Source: Octopus sinensis | Lineage: Eukaryota | Length of the DNA: 64,000 nt | Assembly (NCBI RefSeq): GCF_006345805.1 | Contig: NC_043003.1 | Span: 19,840,001-19,904,000, forward strand | Reading direction: 5' to 3' | Shown here: positions 40,478-53,847 of the stretch, piece by piece | Layout: every line of letters starts with the position of its first letter | Numbering within the stretch: the stretch's first letter is position 1 | Program-made: the position numbers and the translations under genes | The notes under the pieces: model-generated | What the model was told of the DNA's origin: nothing | Database searches by the model: none | The model's input: only the letters and a program-made list of their open reading frames with translations

Positions 40478-40714
40478 CAGGCTTCTTTCAGTTTCCGTCC
40501 ACCAAATCCACTCACAAGGCTTTGGTTGGCCCGAGGCTATAGTAGAAGACACATGCCCAAGGTGCAACGCAGTGGGACTGAACCCGGAACCATGTGGTTG
40601 GTAAGCGAGCTACTTACCTCACAGCCTCTCTCTCTTTTGCCGAAACGCTATTTTGGAAACGTAAACATACCAGTATCGGTTGTTAAGCGATGGTGGTGGT
40701 GGGGGGGAGACAAC

Positions 40715-40745
<31 letters not shown>

Positions 40746-41095
40746 TCACGACGGGCTTCGTTCAGTTTCCGTCTACCAAATCTACTCAAGGCTTTGGTCG
40801 GCCATCTATACACACATACACACATATATAAACTGTATATGTATGTATGTATGTATATGTGTGTGTCTCTCTGTTTCTATCTGTGTTTGCCTCCACCATC
40901 GCTTGACAACTTTGTTGGTTTGCTTATATCCACGTAACTTGGTGGTTCTGCAAAGGAAACCAGCAGAAGTAAATAAATAAATAAAATAAACAAATACATA
41001 AAATAATAGGTATAATTTGTTCGACTGACACCCATCAAGGCGGTGTCATAGCATGGCCGCAACCCAGTGACTGAGACTAGTAAAAGGGGCAAAAT
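39845..41095. mobile_element. Cluster of family B SINEs in both orientations
   Basis: + head 39845-40030; - copy 40085-40630 split by (TA)n; - fragment 40640-40810; + 3' half 40860-41095. Confidence 0.82.
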
Positions 41096-41202
41096 TGAAG
41101 AAACACGGTGTGTGATGAATTATTTTCAAAACAGAAGTAAAATCAAGTCGCACGTTGAAGTCACCAAATTCCCGTGTCTCTTGTTTTATGATTAGTATAC
41201 AC

Positions 41203-41525
41203 CGGGGGTTCCCAACATTATTTTGCTTATAACCCCCCCCCCCTGAGAGCTCTCTTATCATCTATGGACCTTATATATGCACATGTAAAGTTTTGAAATA
41301 AAAATATTTGTTTGTGGGTTAGTAAAAACTAACAATGAAACAATTTCGTTATATTCATAACATAAATTTCAAATATAAATCTTGAAAATTTCAATAAATA
41401 CAGGTACCTCTCCTAGTAAACGAAATTTATACATGGACCCACAAATTACAATTTTTTACTCGTGGACCCATTAAAGTTTCTGTGGACCCCTGGGGGTCCA
41501 TGTAGACCCCGGTTGGGAATCACTG
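41203..41525. mobile_element. hAT-type MITE
   Basis: Exact 8-bp TSD GTATACAC (41195-41202 and 41526-41533); TIRs cgggggttcccaac / gttgggaatcactg. Confidence 0.85.
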
Positions 41526-41699
41526 GTATACACAGATAAAAGAAGTAACGAAATTAAAATCTAGGATGGTTTACACTGTTATGTGGGTTCTCCGTCGGTC
41601 TTGACAATGAGTATTCAGTTGTTTGATTAACTAAATTCCTTCTTTACAGTCATTTTTTAATACAATTTCTGAAGTTATAAGTGTTATGTATACAAAATT

Positions 41700-42306
41700 T
41701 CCTGCAACTGTCATGGTTTTAGAGATTGTTAGCAATGAAGGACATGTGATGCCTCCTTACTTCTTTCCACAAGACCTCAGATTTAATTCTGCTGCTTACA
41801 TTGAGGTACTGGAAATAATTGTTAAGCCCTGAATAGATAGTGTATGCAATGGAGAACCATATGTGTTTCAGTAAGACTCTGCACTATCACACATGGCTCT
41901 AGTAACACAGGAATGGATGGTTGAAAATTTTCGTGATCACATAACCTCTAATATTTGGCCTCCTAATTCCCCAGATCTCAATCCATTGGACTATTAGATG
42001 TGGAGCGTTGTTGAGAGAGAGGCCAAAGAACATGCCCATAACACCAAAGATTCTATGAAAGCAGCCATAGTCAGAGTAATGTCCAAAATGAACCAGGACC
42101 ACTTGATTCGAGCATGTAGATGATTTAGATCTCATATAGAGGTAGTTGTTGAAGCTGAAGGTGGCTTTATTGAATAACATTATAGAAAAGAAGATTTATT
42201 TTAATCCTCATCGCATTTTTTGACAGATAAAGTTATTATCTGTTATTATATATCTGTGTTTTTTTTTATAAACATAAATCTGTCCTCAAATATCTTACGC
42301 ACCCTA
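41700..42306 (+). mobile_element. maT-type (DD37D) Tc1/mariner 3' fragment
   Basis: ..YVFQ*DSALSH..WPPNSPDLNPLDY..EAEGGFIE*; 37 residues between the second and third D; right TIR tcctcaaatatcttacgcaccct-ata. Confidence 0.88.
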
Positions 42307-42316
42307 TATACATACA

Positions 42317-42538
42317 CAGTAATCCCTCGCCATATCACGGTTTACCTATCGCGGTTTATCATTTAAGCTTACGTCGATTTCTCTGTAGTGTTGCTTTGCA
42401 TCTATAATGCAATAAATATATATACAAATTATAAAAATAAAAAAGAATATACAGTACAGTACTGTTTCTACTTCGCGGATTACCACCTATCGCGGGGTGT
42501 TTTGGAACGTAACACCCGCGATAGTCGACGGATTAATG
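42317..42538. mobile_element. pogo/Tigger-like MITE (second copy)
   Basis: TIRs cagtaatccctcg / cgacggattaatg-ta; homolog of 7117. Confidence 0.78.
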
Positions 42539-42549
42539 TATCTTGATTC

Positions 42550-42785
42550 ACCGGCCGTTAGACGACGTATGAGGGTTCTGCAATTTCTTGCCGAACAACC
42601 ACACAGAGGATTTCTTCAAAGCGATCAAATACTTGTGTTTACATAAGCTCCCCCCACCCCACCGCATCAAATCGACATTACCTGTACAGGTGCACGACAT
42701 GCTACAAGTCAGATGACGAAATGATCGCAGAGAAATGTGAAACGAAGTGTTCTGCGCAAGAACACAACGCGAACCCACAAAGCCA
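42550..42785 (-). mobile_element. Degenerate tRNA-derived SINE (CORE-like 5' body)
   Basis: gaagtgttctgcgcaagaacacaacgc on the + strand, shared with 27230 and 59750. Confidence 0.6.
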
Positions 42786-43862
42786 TGCACATTCACATAC
42801 ATTTTTATATAGATAGATAGATAAATAGATAGATACATACATAAACACACGCAGTCACGCACACACACACACACACACGTACAACATCATAATTCATACA
42901 TGCACACACAAGTATACATGTATATTTGTGTGTTTGTTTTTCTGTATCTATGTGTGTGTGTGTGTTTACTTTCATTTCTCTAAAATCAAATGTGTCGATA
43001 TATTTTCCATAAATCTGGCAAAGCCCTTTTATCTGAAAGTATTCGTAATGCTGTTGTTATAATTGCGCTATGATTAATTTTTGAGAACACAGTTAATGTC
43101 GAAATATAAATTATAATAAAAAACAACAACAAAAAACAAAAAATAAAAATTAAAAAAATATAAAAAAGTTTACAGCGTGTATGTCTAAAAATAAATGGTT
43201 TTTAATTTCATCTTCGTTTTCCGTTTACAACTTGATTTATCTCTAAATACAAAATTATCTCAAAACAGAAACACATTTTTCCTTGTTATATCCAGAGAAA
43301 AAGGAACCTTTTAAACTATCGTTATCCTCGTTCACGGACACGATGCAATCTAGAGATGATATCATCGAACTAATTCTTGTAAGTTGATATCAAACACTCA
43401 AAGACGGATATTGAGAGAATGAGGGAAGGTTCATTGCTTAACATGCTTGAAACGGCAGTAAAAATCTCCCTCAATAATAGCTTACCGAACTTTCTAAGAG
43501 AACGGGCCCACCAGTCCCTGAGACCATGTCTGAAAATAGATGGAATGACCATGCCAGAAATATCCCGCTCATTTAGAGGAACAATATTGATAAAAATATG
43601 ATATAGACGCCTGTATAGTTCAGAATTTCGCTTCGCAACCACGCGGTTTTGGGTTCAGTCTCACCGCACGTTACCTTCATCAAGTGTCTTCTTCTATATT
43701 AAAACCATTTCTGCCTCAAGAGGATGTGTCACTAAATATTACTAAATGGAAATTGAAAACTGCTCTATATGAAAAGGGGAGATAATCTTAAGAATCAAAG
43801 CTTCTCGGGAGTTGACATACTGTTAAAGAAAAGGAGGCTTATTGTCTGGAGATAAGAAGACA

Positions 43863-43907
43863 GCCGTGGATACGTGTTTCTGCCTGAATAGGCGTCATCA
43901 GCACGAC
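43863..43907 (-). ncRNA. Type I hammerhead, slightly decayed
   Basis: gtcgtg CTGATGA CGCCT-attc-AGGCA GAAA CACGTA TC cacggc: 6-bp stem I; two T-to-C changes would explain both mismatches; AUC site. Confidence 0.65.
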
Positions 43908-44059
43908 AGTTTTTCTAAGCTATCTCCAGCAGACAAAGAACATAGACATATACAAAATGAGTAGAATACATTTGTGGTGTAGAATGTATGCATGTATGTA
44001 TGTATGTATGTATGTATGTATGTATGTATGTATGTATGTATGTATTTATGTATGTACGT

Positions 44060-44235
44060 ATCTTTGTATTTGTTCTCTACGCTTGACAACTGATTTGTTT
44101 ACAACCCAGTAACCTGGCAGTTCGTCAAAAGTTACTGATAGAATAAGTAACAAACTTACAGAAAATAGTATCGGGGTTGGTTCGATTAGATCGAATAAAC
44201 CCTTCAGCACGGTACCCCAGCATGGCCCCATTTTG
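44060..44235 (+). mobile_element. SINE family B 3' half
   Basis: cgcttgacaac..gatagaataagta..gcacggtaccccagcatggcc. Confidence 0.75.
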
Positions 44236-44779
44236 TAGTAGTAGTAGTAGTAGTAGTAGCAGTAGTAGTAGTAGTAGTATAGTAGTATAGTAGTAGTAGT
44301 AGTAGTAATAGCAGCAGCAGTAGTAGTAGCTATAAACATCTCGTTTTTCCTACTATTTTGTTATTTTTTAAAAATCAGCATCTACATTGCTTACTTAGTC
44401 TATCCTTTATTTAAGATGATGGCTTGAAGAAACTTTGCTATTATTTCTTGCATATCAAATGACCACATATAGCCTCTTCCTCTTTAGGTCTCATATGACG
44501 ATATTGCTATAGTAGTACGAAGCTAATTGTTGTTTCGCACTTAATTTCATTTTAGCGAGATTGACACAGTGTAGAGAGGTTAAACGACTCGACTATGGAA
44601 AATGTATAGCACGTATCATGTGACACGAAATGTATTCCCGAAAGATAGACATAATTGCCACAACACACACACACACACACGCGCGCACACGCATGCATAC
44701 ACACACCACAAGCATACAAACACACGTACACACACAAACATACACGCAATCGCACACATGCAAACAGACGCGTACTCAT

Positions 44780-45382
44780 ATACACATTTTCTAAATTTAC
44801 TTTTGTAACGATAAATACCCACGTATGTATGTATGTATGTATGTATGTATGTATGTATGTATGTATGTATGTATGTATGTATGTATGCATGCATGCATGT
44901 ATGTATGTATGTATGTATATATGTATGTATGTATGTATGCATGCATGCATGTATGTATGTATGTATATATGTATGTATTTATTTTTGTATGTATGTATGT
45001 ATGTACTTTTGTATGTCATTATTCAGTTTATTTCAAGATTTCTTGTCAATAGAGAAAGAACCGGTTTCTAACCTGGATCCAAGGCTCCTTCATTGGAATT
45101 TCAACAACAGGGTATCTTTGTTTGTATGTATTTATGTATATATGTGGAAATTTGTATGTTTTATGTATGTATTGTCATGCATATAGTTGCATATCTAGAC
45201 ATGCTTATATATATTTATATGATAAACTTCCGGAAAATTTTACAGATTTTTACAGTTCCAGTGATGGATTGGTTTATGTATGTCTGTATGTTTGTATGTA
45301 TGTATGTATGCGTGCATGTATGTATGTATGTATGTATGTATGTATGTATGTATGTATGTATGTATGTATGTATGCGTGCATG

Positions 45383-45416
<34 letters not shown>

Positions 45417-45660
45417 TGTATGTGTGTGTATATATGCTATATATGATCATCTTCATGTATTGAGTATATGTATATATGTAAGTATGTATGCGCATATACA
45501 TGTGAATACGTATATATGTGTATGCGCGTATGCATGTATGTGAGCACGTATATTCAAATATGTGCAAATGTGTATATATGTATTTATGCGCATATGCATG
45601 TGAGTACGTGTATATATATATGTATGAACGTATGTATGGATATACATATAATTATGTGTG
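44780..45660. repeat. (TATG)n-dominated compound microsatellite
   Basis: Visible arrays. Confidence 0.9.
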
Positions 45661-45704
45661 TATATTTTCGCGTTGTTATGTGACATACAAATTTGGCGCA
45701 AGAC

Positions 45705-46088
45705 TAATTTTTTTTGCTGTAGTTTCAGCTCTTAGCTGCAGCCATGCTGATGCACCGCTGTTTTGCTACACTGTTATTACTGACAGCCTCCTCCAATATG
45801 TGGCACTTGGTGAAGAATGGAGTTTGATGTAGCTACCCTCATTTGCACCCCTTGGTGTGAGGTAGGTTCATCTGGGACTCTCGACAGGAAGATGTCCAGC
45901 TTTGATTTAAAAACGCCTAGATCTACTTTGTGTAGGTTCCTCAGGCTCTTTGGGAGAATATTAAAAAGCTGTGGGCCTCTGAAACCAAGGCTGTTGCAGT
46001 AGCTGGTCCCGAAGCGCGATGGCGTTACTGGGATTTTTGGCACTATGCAGTGTTGTCCTGTTCTGGCATTGGTGTAGCTTTCAATGCC
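45705..46088 (-). mobile_element. CR1/L2-group LINE 3' end
   Basis: ..NSLGFRGPQLFNILPKSLRNL..FKSKLDIFLSRVPDEP..ATSNSILHQ*; 3' tail gcggtgcatcagcatggctgcagctaagagctgaaa. Confidence 0.82.
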
Positions 46089-46178
46089 AAAAAAAAAAAA
46101 GTGTTCGCGGCCGGCTATGAGACACGAACTCACACCTCCGTGATTACGCGTCGCGGTGCTCTGAACCAATTAAGCTAA
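46089..46178 (-). mobile_element. tRNA-like Pol III head with T-run, fused to the LINE
   Basis: TAGCTTAATTGG A box; GTGAG-TTCGTGT-CTCAT T-arm; trailer then a run of about 12 T; acceptor 5' strand missing. Confidence 0.6.
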
Positions 46179-46374
46179 AATCAGGGGCTTAGTCGACTAA
46201 ATCCACCTCACTACTTAACTTGTACTTTATTTTGTTAACCCCAAAAGGGTGAAAAGCAAAGTTGACGTCAACCAGATTTGAACACAGAATGTAAAGGCTA
46301 TCCAAACATTGAAATTGAAAAAATAAGAAATACAAGAACAAAAAACACAAGGCTATCAAGTTCAGGGGACGGTG

Positions 46375-47205
46375 TAAGTAGATTATATCGACCCAAGTTC
46401 TCAACTGGTACTTATTTTATCGATCGTAAAAGGACGAAAGGCAAAGTCGACCTTGGCGGAATTTGAACTCAGAATGTAAAGACGGAGGAAATATCGCTAT
46501 GCATTTTTGCCCGACGTGGTAACGATTCTACCAGCTTAAAGTTTCCAAATCCTATTGAATTTCTTTGTAACATGTAGTTCATTGTTGTCTGGATTTTATT
46601 AGTGATGGCCACTAATAGTGGAGTCAGATTATGTTGAATTAATCCAAACAGGTGTCATACAAGAAAAACGATTTGTACATATACATTCCTAGATACATGC
46701 CAACGTACACGAACACGCACATAAGTACACCCGCCCACACAAACACACACACATACACACTTAGATTTATGTGTTGATATGAGTTTAAGAAAATAAGCGC
46801 ATTAATCATTTTCTTCTGATAATTCACCTGCTTGGTCCTCACTTAGTCTCAGTGGATGTACGATGTTAATAATTTCTGATGCAGGGACAAGGCTGGCAAT
46901 GTTTTGAGGTGAGGGCTGTTTTTGATCGGTATTTTGTTTCATCGAACCCAAAAAACTAAAAAGCAAATCTGACCATAGGTGCGAATTGAACTCAGAGCGT
47001 TAGCAGGCAGTAGAAATACCGCAGGGTATTTATTCTGGCGCTCTAACAATCCAATCAGCTCGTTGCCTTAAGCGGCCTTTACTTATCCAAACTAAAATGA
47101 ACCAGTACCAGTTACGCACTGGCGTCGATGTAATCGACTTAATCTCTTTGTCTGTCCTTGTTTGTCCCCTCTGTGTGTAGCCCCTTGTGGGCAGTAAAGA
47201 AATAA
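46375..47205. mobile_element. Family A SINE fragments
   Basis: - copy 46375-46535; degenerate - copy 46890-47060; + tail i 47095-47205. Confidence 0.75.
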
Positions 47206-47235
47206 GAAACATATAAACCAATGTACTTGTATCGG

Positions 47236-47302
<67 letters not shown>

Positions 47303-47418
47303 GTATCTATATGGGCAGAGGAGTGGCTGTGCGGTAAGAAGCTTGCTTTCCAATCACATGGTTCCTGGTTCAGTCGCACTGCGTGGCACTTTGGGCGTTT
47401 TCTACTATAACTTCTGCC

Positions 47419-47492
<74 letters not shown>

Positions 47493-47753
47493 ATTATGAG
47501 TTTCCGCACAGTTTCCTTCTATTCATTCATAAAGCATTGGTCGTCTCGTGGGCTATTGTAGAAGACACTCAACCAAAAGTGCCGCGCAATTGATCTGAAC
47601 CCGTATAACCACGTATTCGCATATATGCATATCAATATTAATGCACATTTATATAGATAGCACTGAGTAGTATTCGTATTCGTACAAGTGCTAGAATTGA
47701 TAGCAGTTGTAATATCCTCCTCCTCTTCCTCCTCATCATCATCGTCATCATCG

Positions 47754-47813
<60 letters not shown>

Positions 47814-48134
47814 GTAGTAGTAGTAGTAGTGGTAGTAGTTGTAATATAAATGACAGTTGCAATAAACAATCGAAGAAGCGTTGATATTTCAATAACTCGA
47901 TATCATGTATGACATACGAGATAAGCAACGAAATAAACTCGAGAGTTGATCACCGTTGGTTTCTTATCATGTGATTGTAACCTGGTACAAAAGACCGCTG
48001 ATGAGTCAGAGAAAAAAAAAAAGACTCGGAGATTGAATCATTATGATAATGCAAGGCTTGGTCTGATTCTGACGTCTACCGCCATTGAAGATATTCTGCT
48101 GCCACAGCTACTGCTGCTGCTGCTGCTGGTGTTG

Positions 48135-48207
<73 letters not shown>

Positions 48208-48338
48208 ATTTTGAAGAAAGCAATTTACGACTAGCATTTGTAAGTATAAGTTAAAAAATTTGAGATCATTGGGGATGTTCAAACTACCATGCTCTCTCTC
48301 TGTCTGTGTGTATATATATATATATATCTATATATACA

Positions 48339-48373
<35 letters not shown>

Positions 48374-48771
48374 TCGTGTATATATATACACATATATTCA
48401 TATATATATATATCTATATATACATATATGTGTATATATATATGTATATATGTGTATGTGTGTGTAAGTGTGTGTGTGTATATGCATGTTGTGTGTATAT
48501 GTATGTATGTTATGTATGCATGTATGTATGTATGTGTGTATGTATGTGTGCATGTATGTATGTATGTATGTATGCATGCAAGTATGTTTATGTATATACA
48601 TATGAAAAGCTTGTATTAGCGAGACTTATAAGTAAGCAATCTCTATTGATAAGAAATATACGTCTGTACATACATACACTCATATATGTATATGTATATG
48701 TATGTATGCATGTATGTATGTATCTATATGTGTATGTATGTATATATATATGTATGTGTATATAACACTCA

Positions 48772-48815
<44 letters not shown>

Positions 48816-49698
48816 ACACATATATATTTAAATGTGGACACATACACATATACAGTTATGCGCGTATAGATATGTAGATATGCAGAAGGTAGATAAAAGG
48901 GATAACTAGATGAATGGCTACATGGCCATAAATCAAGAATTGATGCTTATATCTCATACTTACTCGTGGTTATCTTCGTTCTTCGTCTCATACAGCTGAA
49001 TCATAATTTTTTATCAGCAAAATTGCGATGCAGTGAGAAAGCGGGAGAGAGAGTGAGAAAGAGAGAGAAGGAGAGAGAAAGAGAGAAAGAGGAAGGGAAG
49101 AGGAGAGAGAAAGAGTGAGAGAGTGTGATAAGTTAATATGGCGCTGTTAGTAATAACGTGTGCTGCTGCTCAGCTCGACTCAAAACACAAATCAATTAAA
49201 CGAGCAACAGTTGAACTGGTTGTTCTCTATAAGGATGAATAAAAACTTGGATCGCCCGTGAATTCTATCTAGCGATATTCCATAACGATATAGGATTTAG
49301 CTTTATCACGCATATTTCATCAATATTTTGTGAACAAGCCCTTCTTTTTTTTTCGCCCCACCGCCTCTGATGATGAATAAAACCTCTTTCTATTTTGTCC
49401 TATTGATCGACATGTTATATATTGCCATTAAAACCATTTCGGTGATCAGCTTGACGTGTCAGTAACTTAAGAATATTCAAGATTTTTCTACTTTTACTAG
49501 TATCAGTGAAAGTAAAATGATGAAGCCCATATTGGAAAACAGTTATGAAAAAGAAAGGGAAAAAAGGCAGAAAAAGGAACAGAAAAAATGTGAGCCTTTA
49601 TGTGGCCACTGAACCTGTTAGAAATAGCAACCGATTCTCATTCAAACCGTATTAACACTGTTTATTTTTAAAGGAAGAACGCATTGGATACATATATA

Positions 49699-49931
49699 TT
49701 TCTTTACTACCCACAAGGAGCTAAACATAGAGGGGGCAAACAAGGACAGACAAACGGATTAAGTCGATTACATCGACCCCAGAACGTAACTGGTACTTAT
49801 TTTATCGACCTCGAAAGGATGAAAGGCAAAGTCGACCTCGGCGGAATTTGAACCCAGAACACGTAACGGCAGACGAAATACGGCTACGCATTTCGCCCGG
49901 CGTGCTAATGATTCTGCCAGCTCGCCGCCTT
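49699..49931 (-). mobile_element. SINE family A, full length, tail i
   Basis: 13-bp TSD gcattggatacat at 49681 and 49933. Confidence 0.92.
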
Positions 49932-49974
49932 AGCATTGGATACATTTAGTTCTAAATACTCTATACCTTTTACC

Positions 49975-50340
49975 TTTTACTTCAGTCATTAGATTGTGGC
50001 CATGCTGGGGCTCTACACTGAAAACTTTTTTATCGAATGGATCGACCCCCAGTACATAGTTTTTCTTTAAGCCTGGTACTTAATCAATCGGTTCTTTTGC
50101 AGAAATGCTAAGTTACGGGGACGTAAGCACACTAACACCGGTTTTCAAGCGGTGGTCACACACAATATATATACACACGACGGGCTTCTTTTCAGTTTTC
50201 GTCTACCAAATCCATTCACAAGGCTTTGGTCGGTCTGCGGCTATAATAGGAGACACTTAACCAAGGTGTCACGCAGTGGGTCTGAACCCAGACAATGTGT
50301 TTGGGAAGCAAGCTTCTTACCAGACAGCCACGCCTGCGTC
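49975..50340 (-). mobile_element. SINE family B
   Basis: Tail, body and head motifs. Confidence 0.8.
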
Positions 50341-50592
50341 TATGTAAAAAAGTACAAGACGGTCATGGTTGGAATCCAGAATATCTTCGATTATAGATTT
50401 TCTCGATTATAGTTGGAATGGAATCATTCCAACTAATCTGTGTGAAGTGTCGTGTTAGTAACTTTAAAAAATCAAGACTTTTCTATTTTTACTAGTATCA
50501 GGTAAAGCAGAGAAAGGGTGAAAGAGAGAGAGAGAGAGAAGGAGAGAGAGAGAGGGAAAGAGAGAGAGAGGGAAAGAGAGAGAGAGGAGAGA

Positions 50593-50653
<61 letters not shown>

Positions 50654-50790
50654 GGGAGAAACGTATACTTGTATTTCGGACGAGTGAAAAAGCATAATGC
50701 ATTAAGTGGAGTTTAAGAGTTTAAGAGAAAGAGAAAGAGAGAGTAAAAGAGACACAGAGAGAATCAATATAAGTGGTTCAGGAAGAGTGC
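50247..50790. repeat. Local duplication, copy 1 (copy 2 at 53848-54333)
   Basis: Same SINE head, unique sequence and (GA)n, ending ttcaggaagagtgc. Confidence 0.9.
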
Positions 50791-51503
50791 ACATATGAGG
50801 TTTGGTGGGAGGCAATGAACGAAGGAATGCTATACACATAGAGTGAGAAAGAGAGGATCATCGAAACAGGAGTAGGAGGAAACGACGGAGCTGTTATGGC
50901 AGGTGTTATACAAATGAAAAATTTGTCTCATTTAGTTTTATTTTAAAGTAAACCAAGGTTTGAAAATTAGTATTCATTTCATCGTTTTGTCTAAGCACCA
51001 AGAAATTTGATAAAAGTTAAAGTATAATCATCTGTATATATAAAAAGCAGGATGTGTGTGTGTGTGTGTGTGTGTATGTGAATGTAATTTATGCACGTCC
51101 ACAAATTAGCACGCATGTCGCTTCAATTTTAGGAGAACATTCGTCATGATCCTAGCTGTATTTTCGTCAACTTATTTTCCCCAGAGGCACCAGCGAATAG
51201 CAGTAAAAATAAATTTTCAACCAAAACATTTTAATAATTTTCAAGTCAAAGAAATCACCATTGTTTGCAAACAGGAGTTAAGTCCTCTTCTAGCGACGAG
51301 TAAGTTTTTGTTAAAACTTTTGTGGTTTTTTTCCATCGAGGAAAAAAGTGTTTTGTTGATATACGGGCAACACCCCCTCCCCCCACACACACAAACAAAC
51401 AAACACACACACACACACACACATGAACATGTATGCGTACAAAAAACATGTATGCTATAAGTGTACGTACGTACGTGTGTGTTGCATAAATATATATACA
51501 CAC

Positions 51504-51584
<81 letters not shown>

Positions 51585-51587
<3 letters not shown>

Positions 51588-51711
51588 AACCAATTTCAAC
51601 GGATTTCGCCCAAATTTGACGTCGATGTTACTTAGTTTGGTTTGAAATAAAGAACTTGATTAGCTTAATAATCCTAACTTAATCCCGGACAAAGCCGGGT
51701 TATACTGCTAA
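51585..51711 (+). mobile_element. Possible Helitron 3' end
   Basis: Hairpin cccgg-acaaag-ccggg followed by ttatactgCTAA-T (CTRR terminus). Confidence 0.5.
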
Positions 51712-53096
51712 TTATATATAAACCATATTTCCTAATATACCCATGGTGCTATAGACATACTTCTAAAGTTACCTGTTTAATGACGGGTAACATTTTTCTC
51801 TGTTAATATTGTTTAATGATATCATTTAAAAAATATTTCATTTTATACTCTGCAAACTCAGCATATGCATTTTAAAATGTTTACATTTAATTAAATAATT
51901 TCTCAATGAACAATGTTCCCAGTTAAGGTTCTGTTTTCATATTATGACATATATTTCACATTGTGATGTCTACTATTTCTATTAGGTCGTGCAATCGCGT
52001 AAAAGCTTTATTTGTGAATATGTGTGTGTATATTAATAATATTTATGACAGATTAAAAAAAATAATTTTGTCCCTATGTTAGCTTAACATTTCAACGAAA
52101 TATCATAATCATAATCCTGATACATAAACAAAGGAGTTGATGATAAATTTCAGTGAGTTGATTTTATTCACAATAAAGAATGTTTTCATTGCTTTTTTCA
52201 AAAAAAAGTTCTCAGTCGTTTTTATATAAACCAATATTTAAGTGGTAAATAATATATTTACTTTTCAAACAGCATAATCGACTATTTAACCGATCGAAGA
52301 ATTTTGAAAAGAGGTTTACCTATTGTATATGAGAGTGAAATATAAATGGCGTTTTTTTTTTGTTGGATACGTAGGAGGAAAAATAAACTTTGACCAAAAA
52401 TAAAACACAAACCATATTTCTCCTTATGTTCATATGTGAATTCAATGAAAAAATTGTATTTACTGTTTATTTAAATTTCATTGAAATACTTTTTACAGCC
52501 TCAGTTTCTAACTCCGCCAACGAACGCTGGCCGTGTCTGTATAAATTATTATTGTTTGAGTGGTTGAATATTTACTTGTGATTTGCCACCCATTGTTCAG
52601 TTCAAGAGTTCATTTATTTCTTGTAGTAGCACGTCGATAGTGTGATTGAAATTCGTACCTTTATGACCTCGTGTAAATAGCTTTAGACAAACTGTCATAT
52701 CAATTTCTCTCGGCTATCCTATTTTTTTGTTTCATTTTTATTTGCCTCCCTGTTCTTTGCACTCGCCATTTTCATGCTCGAGAAGACAGACAGTTTTGCA
52801 TTTTTGGTCGCGATTGTATTAGTACTGGTAGAGAATCCTAATAAATTATATCAAAAATCTATTTTGTGTAATCTTTATAATTTCATGTCCGGGTTATGGT
52901 AGCGGTCTGTTCTCGTCGTCGTCGTCGTCGTCGTAGTTGTTGTTGTGTTGTTGTGGTTCTTTAGTCTTCTTTTCTTCTTCTTCTTCTTCTTCTTCGTCTT
53001 CTTATCTCCTCCCTCTATCCCTCCTCCTCCTCCATCCTTCTTCTTCTTCTTCTTCTTCTTCTTCTTCTTCTTCTTCTTTTTCTTCTTCTTCTTACC

Positions 53097-53690
53097 GAGG
53101 CGGCGAGCTGGGAGAATCGTTAGCACGGCGGAAGAAATACTAAGCGGTGTTTCGTCTGCCGCTACGTTCTGAGTTCAAATTCCGCCGAGGTCGACTTTGC
53201 CTTTCATCCTTTCGGGGTCGATAAATTAAGTACCCATTATGCACTGGGGTCGATATAATCGACCTAACCCGTTTGTCTATCCTTGTTTGTCCCCTCTGTG
53301 TGTAGCCCCTTGTTGGCAGTGAAGAAATAAGAATCGTCAGTAGGCCGGGCAAAATGCTTAGTGGCATTTCGTCCGTCTTTATGTTCTGGGTTCAAATTCC
53401 GCCAAAGTCAACTTTGCCTTTGATCCTTTCGGGGTCGATAGAATAAGTACTAGTTGAGCACTGGGGTCGATGTAATCGACTTACTCCCTCCACCTAAATG
53501 TCAGGCCTTGTGCCTTTAGTAGAAAGGATTATTATTATTAAGGCGGCAAGCTGGCTGAATCGTCAGCATGCCGGGCAAAATGCTTTACGGTCTGAGTTCA
53601 AATACCGTTGAGGTCGTCTTTGCCTTTCATTTTTTTGGGGGGTCAATAAAATAAGAACCGAACAAGTACTGGGGTCGATGTAATTGTTAA
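53097..53690 (+). mobile_element. Tandem array of three family A SINEs (tail i, tail ii, degenerate)
   Basis: Heads or remainders at 53097, 53331 and 53541; (ATT)n spacer. Confidence 0.88.
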
Positions 53691-53847
53691 CCACTATATC
53701 TAGCTTTCGATAATTAATTTTATGTTCACATTGGATCATTACGCCCCACAGTAACGTTACTTTACCAAGTCATTCTCGAATACTCCTTCTGGGGTTTTAC
53801 ACACTACATTTTTTCTCTTTCCAATCCATACTTGCCACACATTTTTC

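Noticed and set aside
43370-43642. Overlapping 60-aa and 90-aa non-repetitive ORFs
   Set aside because: No recognisable domain or splice signals.
46101-46178. Functional tRNA gene
   Set aside because: The acceptor stem 5' strand is absent and the anticodon arm is mismatched; all other tRNA-like hits are SINE heads.
47997-48035. CTGATGA-GTC..GAC hammerhead candidate
   Set aside because: No GAAA after stem II and no stem I.
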